From: Verrucomicrobiota bacterium
GTDB taxonomy: Bacteria; Verrucomicrobiota; Verrucomicrobiia; Opitutales; Seribacteraceae
Assembly (NCBI GenBank): GCA_027622665.1
Contig: JAQBYT010000047.1
Span: 1 to 28,367 of the forward strand
Direction of reading: 5' to 3'
DNA length: 28,367 nucleotides
Below are positions 10,467-19,446 of this stretch, one piece after another; position 1 is the stretch's first letter; every line of letters begins with the position of its first letter. The position numbers were made by a program, and so were the translations under genes. The notes below the pieces were generated by a model. That model did no database searches. It was not told the DNA's origin and saw only the letters and a program-made list of their open reading frames with translations.

Positions 10467-12374
10467 ATGAGGACTTCCTCCATTCTCTTCTTTGTTCTCT
10501 CATACACTCTGCTTCCTCTACATTCCTTAACGGCAAAAGAGCCGATCCCGACCCCAGCGGACGATCCCATCGTAGGTTCCATCGAGCCTTACCTCTTCCG
10601 GCAAATTCTGGAGAATGAAAATCTCGAAGACTCCATCGCCAACCACTGGCGAGACCCCGCCCTGCAAGCACTCGTCGAGAAGCACGGAATCCAATTGTTC
10701 GGAGGTCCCATGCTGGGTGACGTCACATCCACCTCGGCGAAATTCTGGTTACGTACCACGCATCCGTGTCGAATCACCCTCGAAATCACGGAAGCCAACT
10801 CTGCCAATCCGTCAATTCTCACTTTCAAGACAAAGGCCTCCGAAACCAACGACCTCACGGTTGTCCTCGAAGGCAAAGGTCTCAAGCCTTTCACAGAGTA
10901 TGTCGCGAATTTCTCAGACGAGAACGGTCCTGTGGGTCGCCGTGAGAATCGATTCCGAACCTCCCCTGCCCTTGGTCAAAAGGAACGGTTCTCGGTAGCC
11001 TTCGGCGGGGGTGCGCGCTACAATCCGCCAAAGGAAAGAATCTGGAAAACCATCGCAGGACGTAATCCTCATGCCTTCCTCTTTTTGGGAGACAACCTTT
11101 ACCAAGATAAACCGACTCATCGCAACCTCCAGCGGGTATATTATTATCGTCGGCAGATGCGACCCGAGTTCATCGAGCTTTCAGCCACCACAGCCTGCTA
11201 CGCCATATGGGACGACCACGACTTCGGGGCCAACGACGTATCGGGGGGGATCGACCCCTTCAAGCCTGCGTGGAAGTTGCCAGTATGGAAGGTATTTAAA
11301 GAAAACTGGCCAAACCCCTATTTCGGGGGTGGCGAGAAGCAGCCGGGTTGCTGGTTCGACTTCTCCATCGGCGATGTCGACTTCTTCATGACTGACGGAC
11401 GTTATTATCGCGACTTCAAAAAGGGCACAATGCTCGGTCCCGTCCAAAAGCAATGGCTCAAGGAAAAGCTGAGCAACTCCAAGGCCACCTTCAAAGTAAT
11501 CGCCTCAGGAACCTTGTGGACGGAAACCGCAGACAAAGGGGGTAAGGATTCTTGGTGGGGAGTACCCGAAGAACGCGAGGAAATCTTTTCGCTTATCGAC
11601 GAAAAGAATATCGGCGGAGTCATTTTGCTTTCCGCCGATCGTCATCGAACCGACGTCTATAAAATCAAACGGCCGGACGGTTACGACCTCTACGAGTTCG
11701 AGACCTCCAAGTTGACCAACAACCACACTCACGGCACAAAGAAAGAAGCCGTGTTCTCTTACAACAAAGGGAACTTCTTCGGTTTGCTCGACTTCGACCT
11801 CACCAAGAAAGATCCCGAGATGACCTTCCGTTGCATCACCATGGAAGACAAGGAAGTGTACAACCTGACCCTTCGGAAGTCCCAACTCTCTCATACAGGC
11901 ATAAAGCTTGAAAACGGGCCAAAGTTTAATTTTGACTACCGGAAAAAAGGGCCTCACGGATCGCCAAACAGCATCGAGGCTATTGTACAGGATTCGGCAG
12001 TGGTCTTTGAGGTCAAGTGCGGTTTCGGAATTGGTTCAGGAAAGATCAAGCGAGTGAATGGCAATTGGCCGAAGAAAGTGGTGGTGCGACTTCACTTAAC
12101 GGGATTGGAAGGTTTCTCCGTATCAAATGGAAAGAAGATTTTGGAGGGATTCCACATGTCCAACAAAAGCAACGACGCCCGAAAGGAAGAATTGAAGATT
12201 CGCATGCTCGACGCCAAGGGCAAGCCCGTGGAAGGCAAATATTTACTGAAGTCCCTTGGCCCCAACAAATCGGAGCGAATAGAAGGCTGTTACGAAGCAA
12301 CGATTCCTAAATCGCTCCTAACGGAAGATGCTAAGGAAATACAGATCAGCTGGGTGGATTTCTATCGAAGGTAA
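10467..12374 (+). CDS. Alkaline phosphatase D (PhoD)-like metallophosphoesterase with an extra C-terminal domain
   Basis: Hydrophobic signal peptide; GPMLGDVT, LGDNLY, IWDDHDFG, TDGRYYR, MLGPVQKQWL, LSADRH; about 160 additional residues ending ISWVDFYRR. Confidence 0.85.
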   Translation: MRTSSILFFVLSYTLLPLHSLTAKEPIPTPADDPIVGSIEPYLFRQILENENLEDSIANHWRDPALQALVEKHGIQLFGGPMLGDVTSTSAKFWLRTTHPCRITLEITEANSANPSILTFKTKASETNDLTVVLEGKGLKPFTEYVANFSDENGPVGRRENRFRTSPALGQKERFSVAFGGGARYNPPKERIWKTIAGRNPHAFLFLGDNLYQDKPTHRNLQRVYYYRRQMRPEFIELSATTACYAIWDDHDFGANDVSGGIDPFKPAWKLPVWKVFKENWPNPYFGGGEKQPGCWFDFSIGDVDFFMTDGRYYRDFKKGTMLGPVQKQWLKEKLSNSKATFKVIASGTLWTETADKGGKDSWWGVPEEREEIFSLIDEKNIGGVILLSADRHRTDVYKIKRPDGYDLYEFETSKLTNNHTHGTKKEAVFSYNKGNFFGLLDFDLTKKDPEMTFRCITMEDKEVYNLTLRKSQLSHTGIKLENGPKFNFDYRKKGPHGSPNSIEAIVQDSAVVFEVKCGFGIGSGKIKRVNGNWPKKVVVRLHLTGLEGFSVSNGKKILEGFHMSNKSNDARKEELKIRMLDAKGKPVEGKYLLKSLGPNKSERIEGCYEATIPKSLLTEDAKEIQISWVDFYRR

Positions 12375-12383
12375 TAGGTCTGC

Positions 12384-13664
12384 CTAAACCTTGGGCTTCC
12401 AACCCTTACGATATTCCCTTCCCCATAATTTTTCGCCGGCGGGATTGTCGATAAGTTTCCCGCCCAGCTTGGGGTCGCAGCTCAGCGAACCAGTCGTGCG
12501 ATAGGCAATGTTGGAAAGATGGCACAACTTCGAGCTTTTCTGAGCATCACCGATTTCAGAGTTCAGGTGGACGCTCTTGTCGCGAATGGCATCTGCAAAA
12601 TTCTTGAAGTGCGCGGGTTCACCACCGGGCCCGGACTTACTGTCCACTTCCTTACCATCCCGATCAAGAATTCGATAACCGTTGCCTCCGCTCATGACCA
12701 TCGATCCCCCCTCGCCGTAGAATTTGCAAAAGGGAAGCTTTTCGTCACGGCGCGGATCACAGCTGCTTCCGCTCCAGGAAGCATAGCAATCGCCAAAGTG
12801 AAAAGTTGCCTCGCCAGTATCGGGGGTTTCCTGATCGTCATCGTAATAATAGCGGTCTCCGTTATAGGTAACGCGCTCGGGCAAGTCCACGCCCAGACCC
12901 CAGCGGGCAAGGTCAAGAGAATGAATACCATTGTTTGCCATTTCCCCGCCCCCCCAATGCCAACGCCAGTGCCAATTGTAGTGAACAAGATTATCGACGT
13001 AGGGGACATGGGGGGTAGGTCCTTCCCAAAGATCGTAATCTAGGTTGGCAGGAGGCTTGCTCGGCTTGCCCTTGCCGATGGAGGAACGTCGATTATTGTA
13101 CCAAGTACGGGCGGAAAGCACTTTGCCAATTACGCCTTCGCGTAGACGTTGCATACCCTCGCGAACGAAGGGGTAGCTTCGACGTTGGTTGCCCATCTGG
13201 ACGCGGCGATCATACTTGCGTGAAGCGGCTACTATCATATCGGCCTCGGCCATGTTGTGGCTTCCGGGCTTCTCAACGTAAACGTGCTTGCCGGCTTGCA
13301 TGGCCAGAATGGCGGCTGGAGAATGCCAAAAATTCGGAGTGGCGATGGATATGGCGTCAATGTCCTTGTCCTCCAATATCCGACGAAAATCCCCTACGCC
13401 ACGAGCCTTGCCCTTGGTCAAGGCCTTGAGACCTCTCGCCAAACGGCTTTCGTCTACGTCGCAAACATAGCCAACGGAAACATCCGAGGTTTCGGCGAAG
13501 CGACGAACGTGGGCCACGCCACGCCCCAGACCGAGCACGCCCACCCGCAATTGGTTGTTTGCCTTGTTGGCTGCCCTAATTGCTTGGGGCGCAGCAAGGG
13601 CAATTCCAGCACCAGCGGAGTGCTTGAGAAATCGTCGACGGGTAGTAAAAGTAGCTTCATTCAT
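12384..13664 (-). CDS. Tat-exported Gfo/Idh/MocA family oxidoreductase
   Basis: Twin-arginine TRRRFLK signal after the ATG at 13664; VGVLGLGRG, IATPNFWH, HVYVEKPG, VQMGNQRRS, NNGIHSLD. Confidence 0.92.
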   Translation of the reverse strand: MNEATFTTRRRFLKHSAGAGIALAAPQAIRAANKANNQLRVGVLGLGRGVAHVRRFAETSDVSVGYVCDVDESRLARGLKALTKGKARGVGDFRRILEDKDIDAISIATPNFWHSPAAILAMQAGKHVYVEKPGSHNMAEADMIVAASRKYDRRVQMGNQRRSYPFVREGMQRLREGVIGKVLSARTWYNNRRSSIGKGKPSKPPANLDYDLWEGPTPHVPYVDNLVHYNWHWRWHWGGGEMANNGIHSLDLARWGLGVDLPERVTYNGDRYYYDDDQETPDTGEATFHFGDCYASWSGSSCDPRRDEKLPFCKFYGEGGSMVMSGGNGYRILDRDGKEVDSKSGPGGEPAHFKNFADAIRDKSVHLNSEIGDAQKSSKLCHLSNIAYRTTGSLSCDPKLGGKLIDNPAGEKLWGREYRKGWKPKV

Positions 13665-13767
13665 GGGATTTCCGGATTTGAGTTCAGCAATCACCCTGTT
13701 CTCGATTCCTCGACGCTGGCAAGCCCTTTTGCTTGCATCCGACGAATCTCAGTCAAAGAAGGTTAGT

Positions 13768-14730
13768 ATGAAATTAATGTTTTTCAGTTTTCTCTTCGTA
13801 TTTCCGCTGAGCTATGGTTACGCCATCAAAGAACTTCGACTAGGGATTATTGGACTGGACACCTCTCACGTGGTAGCCTTTACAAAAATCCTAAACGACG
13901 AGAAGCATCCCAAGCACATCCCGGGTGGAAAAGTAGTGGCGGCTGTTAAAGGAGGTAGTCCGGACATCCCGTCCAGCCGCGACAGGGTGGATCGCTTCAC
14001 GAAAACTCTGGTGGATGACTTCGGAGTAAAGCTCTACCCGAGCATCAAGGAAATGTGCACGAAGGTGGACGCAATTTTACTTGAGAGCGTGGATGGACGA
14101 CCTCACCTCAAGCAGGCAAAGCCGGTGATTGAGGCAGGTTTGCCCTTGTTCATCGACAAGCCCTTGGCGGGATCGCTCAAGGACGCAATCGCCATATTCG
14201 AACTTGCCGAGAAAAAGAACGTTCCTGTTTTCACTTCGTCCTCCCTTCGCTTCGCAAAGGCTACCCAATCGGCGCGTGGTGGCTCACTAGGGGAAGTGAC
14301 CCGTTGCGAGACCCATTCGCCTTGCTCGCTTGAACCGCATCACCCGGACCTGTTCTGGTATGGCATACATGGTGTCGAATCTCTATTCACCGTTATGGGT
14401 CCAAACTGTATTTCAGTGAAGCGAGGGGAATCGGAGGATGGCAAAATCGAGGTGGTGGGCCAATGGACGGGAAACCGAGTCGGTATTTTTCGCGAAGGCA
14501 AAGGATACGGAGGAAAAGCCATTGGCTCAAAAGGTGAGGCTGCAGTTGGCGGCTACGACGGTTACGATCCTTTGGTGAAAGAAATCATCATGTTCTTTCA
14601 AACGGGCAAGTCACCGGTTTCGGCGGAGGAGTCTCTCGCGATCTATGCCTTCATGGAGGCCGCCGACGAAAGCAAGCGAAGGAACGGGGCCACTGTACAG
14701 CTGGCTGAGGTGCTGAAGAAGGCAAGATGA
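13768..14730 (+). CDS. Gfo/Idh/MocA family oxidoreductase with signal peptide
   Basis: MKLMFFSFLFVFPLSYGYA leader; LGIIGLDTSHV, SVDGRPH, FIDKPLA, SSSLRF, WYGIHGVE. ATG at 13768 avoids overlap with the divergent gene. Confidence 0.88.
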   Translation: MKLMFFSFLFVFPLSYGYAIKELRLGIIGLDTSHVVAFTKILNDEKHPKHIPGGKVVAAVKGGSPDIPSSRDRVDRFTKTLVDDFGVKLYPSIKEMCTKVDAILLESVDGRPHLKQAKPVIEAGLPLFIDKPLAGSLKDAIAIFELAEKKNVPVFTSSSLRFAKATQSARGGSLGEVTRCETHSPCSLEPHHPDLFWYGIHGVESLFTVMGPNCISVKRGESEDGKIEVVGQWTGNRVGIFREGKGYGGKAIGSKGEAAVGGYDGYDPLVKEIIMFFQTGKSPVSAEESLAIYAFMEAADESKRRNGATVQLAEVLKKAR

Positions 14731-15365
14731 CAGAGCTTAGAGCTTTAGCTGGTTGCCTGCTCTTGGGCCTGTCGACAGTCCAAGCGAATTCAGCGGGTTG
14801 GAAGAAGGTCGACACCGAGGATGGCGTAACGGTCTATGAAAAAGACGTTGGAGAAATGGTGGCCTTTCGAGGTGAGGGTCAAATAACGGCTCCCATCGGA
14901 AAATTGCTTTACGTGATCGAGGACTCCGCCCATTGGAAAGAATGGATCGAGAACTTCGACAAAGGCCACCTGATCCAGAAGAAGGCGGACTTTCACAAGA
15001 TCTTTTACCAAGCCTTCGATTCACCCTTCCCCGCCAGTGACCGCGACATCGTGTATGAAGCCCGGACTCGACGAGACGCGAGTACGGGCAAAGTCTACGT
15101 CGAAATGCGTTCGGTACTGCACCCCAAAGCACCAAAGACGGTCGGCGTAAGAGTAAACTTAAAGTACACACGGTACGAAATCACCCCCTTGAAGGAAGGG
15201 TGCCTCCACGTCGTGCTCGAAACTCTCTCCAACCCAGGCGGCTCCCTGCCCGACTTTCTCGTCAATTGGGCCCAGCGCGATTATCCCGTGAAACTTTTCC
15301 AAGGTCTTCGCAGGCAGGTCAAAAAAAACCACGCTAAACTTGCCCCCGTGCCGCCGGCAAAATAA
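14727..15365 (+). CDS. Secreted START (lipid-binding) domain protein
   Basis: Signal peptide; W......DGVTVY, WKEW, PFPASDRDIV, NPGGSLPDFLVN. ATGA overlap with the upstream gene. Confidence 0.85.
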   Translation: MTELRALAGCLLLGLSTVQANSAGWKKVDTEDGVTVYEKDVGEMVAFRGEGQITAPIGKLLYVIEDSAHWKEWIENFDKGHLIQKKADFHKIFYQAFDSPFPASDRDIVYEARTRRDASTGKVYVEMRSVLHPKAPKTVGVRVNLKYTRYEITPLKEGCLHVVLETLSNPGGSLPDFLVNWAQRDYPVKLFQGLRRQVKKNHAKLAPVPPAK

Positions 15366-15384
15366 TCGACGACTGGGAAACGGA

Positions 15385-16455
15385 ATGAAGCCCCTTCATC
15401 AATTCCTCGCCATACTCCTTTTGCTATCGGGAGGCCTCGTCCTTCAAGCAAAGCCAAAGAAAAAAGAAGGCACGAAGGACCCCGAGGCAAACTTCGAGGA
15501 ATTATGGCAAACCTTTCACAAAAGATACGCCTTCTTCGAACTACGGGAGGTCGACTGGAAAAAACAGTACGAGACTTTTCGCCCGAAAGTGACAAAGGAA
15601 ACCAGCGACGAGGAGTTGTTCCGTGTCCTCTGCGAAATGCTCGCCCCCCTGAAAGACGGTCATGTAAACCTAAAGGCCCGTGGTGCCTTCAAGGGGAAAT
15701 CTAATCCCGAGGACAAACCGTTCTTCCATCGGGAATTTGCTAAGCAACGCCTGATAGACGACCTCTTTCGCCTGACCGAGAAAAATCTTGTAGAAAAAGG
15801 TTTCAGTGAAGCCAAAACGACACCGAACTATTTAGTCATGCCAGATCGAACAAACTGGGCTACCTGCGCGAGAACGAGTTCGATGGCCTTTCCAAAAAAA
15901 AGGCCAATGCCGCCCTCGATCGGATATTCGAAGGACTCGCCGGGGTGGAAGCTTTGGTCGTCGGATGTCCGCCACAACCCCGGCGGCACCGACGCGATGC
16001 TCTACTGCGTCGCCGGGCGTTTCGCGGACAAGGAAAGAGTGGGACACCATTGCAGAACTAAAAAAGGTCCGGGATCCGATGAGTTCGGCCCTCTCGAGAC
16101 AAAGATGTTAAAGCCCCTTGGGAAAACTCAATTCACCAAGCCTGTCGTTCTTTTGACCAGCGATGCCTACTTCAGCACAGCCGACGTGTTTGCCATGGTC
16201 ATGAAGGAACTCCCTCACATACGCATCATAGGAGACCATACCAACGGGATTTGCTCGAACATGTTCGAAACCAAGCTGCCCAACGGCTGGCGCTACACCT
16301 TTACCTACCAGCACTACTATTCGCCTGAAATGGTCTGCTTCGAGACCAAGGGAATCCCCGTTCATGATAAAGTTCCAAACACAAAGGCAGACCTCGAAAC
16401 AGGCATTGACCGTGCTCTTGAAGTGGCTCTGACGAATCTCGCTAAGCGGACGTAG
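15385..16455 (+). CDS. S41 family peptidase with an internal ~47-codon segment out of frame (probably inactivated or mis-sequenced)
   Basis: Signal peptide; NFEELWQTFHKRYAFF, LKDGHV, DVRHNPGG, KPVVLLTS, LPNGW, GIPVH. The family-like segment LGYLR...EALVV lies in the -1 frame at 15822-15962. Confidence 0.8.
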   Translation: MKPLHQFLAILLLLSGGLVLQAKPKKKEGTKDPEANFEELWQTFHKRYAFFELREVDWKKQYETFRPKVTKETSDEELFRVLCEMLAPLKDGHVNLKARGAFKGKSNPEDKPFFHREFAKQRLIDDLFRLTEKNLVEKGFSEAKTTPNYLVMPDRTNWATCARTSSMAFPKKRPMPPSIGYSKDSPGWKLWSSDVRHNPGGTDAMLYCVAGRFADKERVGHHCRTKKGPGSDEFGPLETKMLKPLGKTQFTKPVVLLTSDAYFSTADVFAMVMKELPHIRIIGDHTNGICSNMFETKLPNGWRYTFTYQHYYSPEMVCFETKGIPVHDKVPNTKADLETGIDRALEVALTNLAKRT

Positions 16456-16536
16456 TAAACCCGCAAGCTCAGATTCCTAACTTGGCTTTGGGGCATCAAG
16501 GCGTTTTAAGATACCTTGACCAATCTGTAACACCGC

Positions 16537-17964
16537 ATGAAAAAACTCATCTTTATACTTCTCTACTCGGCCGCGTTCTCGACCTCCGCGTTCATACATG
16601 CAAAGAAAACCCCCAAGGCTGCGAAGACACCAAACGTCGTAGTCATTTTCATCGACGACATGGGCTATGCCGACATAGGTCCATTCGGGGCCAAGGCGTA
16701 CCCGACGCCGAATCTCGACCGCATGGCCAAGGAAGGTCGGAAGTTCACCGACTTCTACGTTACTCAGGCGGTATGCTCCGCGTCAAGAGCAGGCCTTCTT
16801 ACGGGATGCTACAACGTGCGCGTAGGAATTCTTGGGGCACTAGGACCGAAATCTTCGCACGGAATCAATCCGGATGAAGTCACCCTTGCTGAAATCTGTA
16901 AGCAAAAGGGCTATGCCACTGCTTGTTATGGAAAATGGCATCTCGGTCACCACGAGAAGTTTCTACCGATGCAACACGGGTTCGATGATTACTTCGGACT
17001 CCCCTACTCCAACGATATGTGGCCCTACCACCCGGGTGTTCTACATTTACCAATGAAGGAACGGCTGAAAAGGTGGCCAAATCTGCCGCTCATTGACGGC
17101 AACAAGGTCGTCAACCCGGCAGTCACGGGCGAGGAGCAGGAAAAGTTGACAACACAGTACACAGAGCACGCAGTCTCCTTCATAGAGAAGAACAAGGACA
17201 AACCATTCTTCGTCTATCTCCCGCACAGTATGGTTCATGTCCCGCTGTACGTCTCGGAAAAGTTCAAGGGCAAGAGCAAAGCAGGTCTGTTCGGGGACGT
17301 CATGATGGAGGTGGATTGGTCGGTAGGCCGGATCCTGGAGACCCTGCGTAAAAACAAACTGGACAAGGACACTCTCGTCATTTTCACCTCCGACAATGGT
17401 CCTTGGTTAAGTTATGGAGACCATGCAGGTTCAGCCTCTCCTTTGCGCGAAGGCAAGGGCACGATGTTCGATGGAGGTTGCCGCGAATCCACTCTCGCTT
17501 GGATGCCCGGGACAATCCCCGCCGACTCTGTCTGCAACGAACCCGCAATGACCATAGACATCCTTCCCACTATTGCCCACTTGATCAGTGCTAAGCTCCC
17601 CAGTCACCGCATAGATGGCAAAAATATTTGGCCCCTCTTCACCACCGACAAAGCTAAGTCCCCGCATCAGGCATACTACTTCTACTACGGCAACCAACTG
17701 CAAGCCGTTAGAGCGGGCAAGTGGAAGCTGCACTTCCCGCACGGATACCGCACCATGGCGAAGCGCCCCGGAGGCAAAGGGGGGATTCCCACGAACTACT
17801 CGCAAGCAAAGATCGGATTATCGCTATTCGACTTGGAGAAAGACATCGGCGAAACAACCGACTTAAAGGACAAGCATCCGGACATCACGGAAAATTTATC
17901 CAATCTGGGCAAGGCCTTCCACGCTGATCTTCAAAAAACGAAAAGGCCTTCTGGGCGTTTGTGA
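16537..17964 (+). CDS. Secreted S1 (formylglycine-dependent) sulfatase
   Basis: Signal peptide; PNVVVIFIDDMGY, CSASRAGLLTG, YGKWHLG, HVPL, FTSDNGP. Confidence 0.95.
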   Translation: MKKLIFILLYSAAFSTSAFIHAKKTPKAAKTPNVVVIFIDDMGYADIGPFGAKAYPTPNLDRMAKEGRKFTDFYVTQAVCSASRAGLLTGCYNVRVGILGALGPKSSHGINPDEVTLAEICKQKGYATACYGKWHLGHHEKFLPMQHGFDDYFGLPYSNDMWPYHPGVLHLPMKERLKRWPNLPLIDGNKVVNPAVTGEEQEKLTTQYTEHAVSFIEKNKDKPFFVYLPHSMVHVPLYVSEKFKGKSKAGLFGDVMMEVDWSVGRILETLRKNKLDKDTLVIFTSDNGPWLSYGDHAGSASPLREGKGTMFDGGCRESTLAWMPGTIPADSVCNEPAMTIDILPTIAHLISAKLPSHRIDGKNIWPLFTTDKAKSPHQAYYFYYGNQLQAVRAGKWKLHFPHGYRTMAKRPGGKGGIPTNYSQAKIGLSLFDLEKDIGETTDLKDKHPDITENLSNLGKAFHADLQKTKRPSGRL

Positions 17965-18000
17965 ATAAATGACATTCATTCAATAGAAATACTCGTAAAA

Positions 18001-19023
18001 ATGGAAAACTCCCCCAAGCAAAGCAATCCATTGGTTCATAATCAAGACACTGAATCCTCCTCTTTGATAACTGGTTTCTTCCGCCTCTCGGAAACCGATA
18101 AAACATTGGCTCTACACTGGAAGAGCGGTTCATTAAAATATAGGGACTTCAAACTTCTTCGCGAGGGAGGAATCGCCAAACTGTATTCCTGCTTCGACGA
18201 CAACCTGGGGCGTCAAGTCGTGTACAAGACGCTCCACGAACACTTAGCGGAAGACGAGATAGAGATTCAGAGATTTCTACGCGAAGCACGTATAACCGCA
18301 AATATCGCACACCCCGGCACAGTACCGGTATACGAACTTGGCCGCGACCGAAACGGGTTATTATTCTTCACCATGAAACATGTTCGTGGGCGCGACTTGC
18401 GAGAAATCATAGAGACGCTCAAGACACAAGACCCTCGTACGGAGAAAGCCTTCCCACTTCATGTTTTGATAGATATCTTGATTCAAGTTTGCCAAACGAT
18501 CGCCCACACTCATTCCAGAGGCGTCATTCACAGAGATCTCAAACCAGCAAATATCCTGACCGGCGAATTCGGGGCAACCTATGTAATCGACTGGGGGATG
18601 GCAAAAGTTTGGGGTGAACCCGACTTGAATAAGCTTGTCATGAACAGAAAAGAGAATCGCGAACTAACTCCGGCGGGTCGACACTATGGAACCCCTCTCT
18701 ACATGGCGCCGGAACTAGCCCGAGGAGATGCTCACATTGACGCACGAGCGGATATTTTCGGACTAGGCAACATTCTCTTCGAGATACTCACCCATCGCCA
18801 GCTCCTTTGCGGCAAAAGCATCACTGAAATCATAGATGAACTGCTCAACAAACCTTTTCCATCCCCTAGAGATACTGCCCCGGAACAAGACATTCCCCGC
18901 AAACTTGAGGAAATCTGCATGAAAGCACTGAAAAAAAACAGACGCGACCGTTACCAAACGGCAGAAGCAATGATGGAAGACCTACTGAATTACTCAAAGA
19001 AAACGAAATCCTCTATTTCGTGA
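18001..19023 (+). CDS. Hanks-type Ser/Thr protein kinase, catalytic domain only
   Basis: RFLREARITA, HPGTVPVYE, IHRDLKPANIL, IDWGMAK, GTPLYMAPE, ADIFGLG, RDRYQTA. No TM or sensor domain is visible. Confidence 0.92.
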   Translation: MENSPKQSNPLVHNQDTESSSLITGFFRLSETDKTLALHWKSGSLKYRDFKLLREGGIAKLYSCFDDNLGRQVVYKTLHEHLAEDEIEIQRFLREARITANIAHPGTVPVYELGRDRNGLLFFTMKHVRGRDLREIIETLKTQDPRTEKAFPLHVLIDILIQVCQTIAHTHSRGVIHRDLKPANILTGEFGATYVIDWGMAKVWGEPDLNKLVMNRKENRELTPAGRHYGTPLYMAPELARGDAHIDARADIFGLGNILFEILTHRQLLCGKSITEIIDELLNKPFPSPRDTAPEQDIPRKLEEICMKALKKNRRDRYQTAEAMMEDLLNYSKKTKSSIS

Positions 19024-19292
19024 GAATAAAAAGGGCTGCGAGAGATTGCCTGTTTTTCAGGCCACAGATCTAGTCTTTTCAAAGTTCACTCCGGATTAAG
19101 AAAAGGCTTATCTACAGTTGTAATTCCTGCACAAATAGCCGAGGTAATTGTCAGCCAATGAAATCAGTCGTTCGTCGAAACGAAACGATAGGTAAGCTTA
19201 TTCTTCATGAACTTAGCGGCTGAAAATCCGTAAAGAGTTGGATTCCCCCAGTCATTCAAATTGATTCGTCCAAATTCATGTGCCGAAACATT

Positions 19293-19446
19293 AAGTGGTC
19301 GCAGGCTCCTGGGCAGAAAGGGTTGCCTCTGGATTGTCCCCTCACATGCCTTTCGAAACGACTGCTGAGGGAACCGCCGGCAGTGCCCACCCAGAAGAAT
19401 TCATCCTGTTCCTATACGGCGTAGGACCCGGGAGAGTCCGCCACTT
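19293..19446. ncRNA. Candidate structured non-coding RNA (~155 nt; closing stem, central junction with small hairpin, long apical arm); family unassigned, 6S-like shape
   Basis: Nested pairings: AAGTGG 19293-98/CCACTT 19441-46; CTCCTGGG 19306-13/CCCGGGAG 19427-34; CCTCTGGAT 19326-34/ACCCAGAAG 19389-97; GTCCCCTCA 19336-44/TGAGGGAAC 19366-74; hairpin TCCTA 19410-14/TAGGA 19422-26. GC-rich island inside an AT-richer intergenic region. Confidence 0.55.

Noticed and set aside
13717..13732. Possible sigma54 promoter TGGCAAGCCCTTTTGC between the oxidoreductases
   Set aside because: GG and GC are 11 nt apart, not the required 10.
16772..16804. Sulfatase motif CSASR instead of CxPxR
   Set aside because: CxAxR is a known variant of the S1 formylglycine motif.
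19293..19446. Retron msr-msd, or cobalamin, FMN, glycine riboswitch, RNase P or hammerhead identity
   Set aside because: No reverse transcriptase nearby; only short isolated resemblances (GCCGGCGGT, GGGAGAGTCC, GAAAC) without the ordered conserved cores; not located in a 5' leader.
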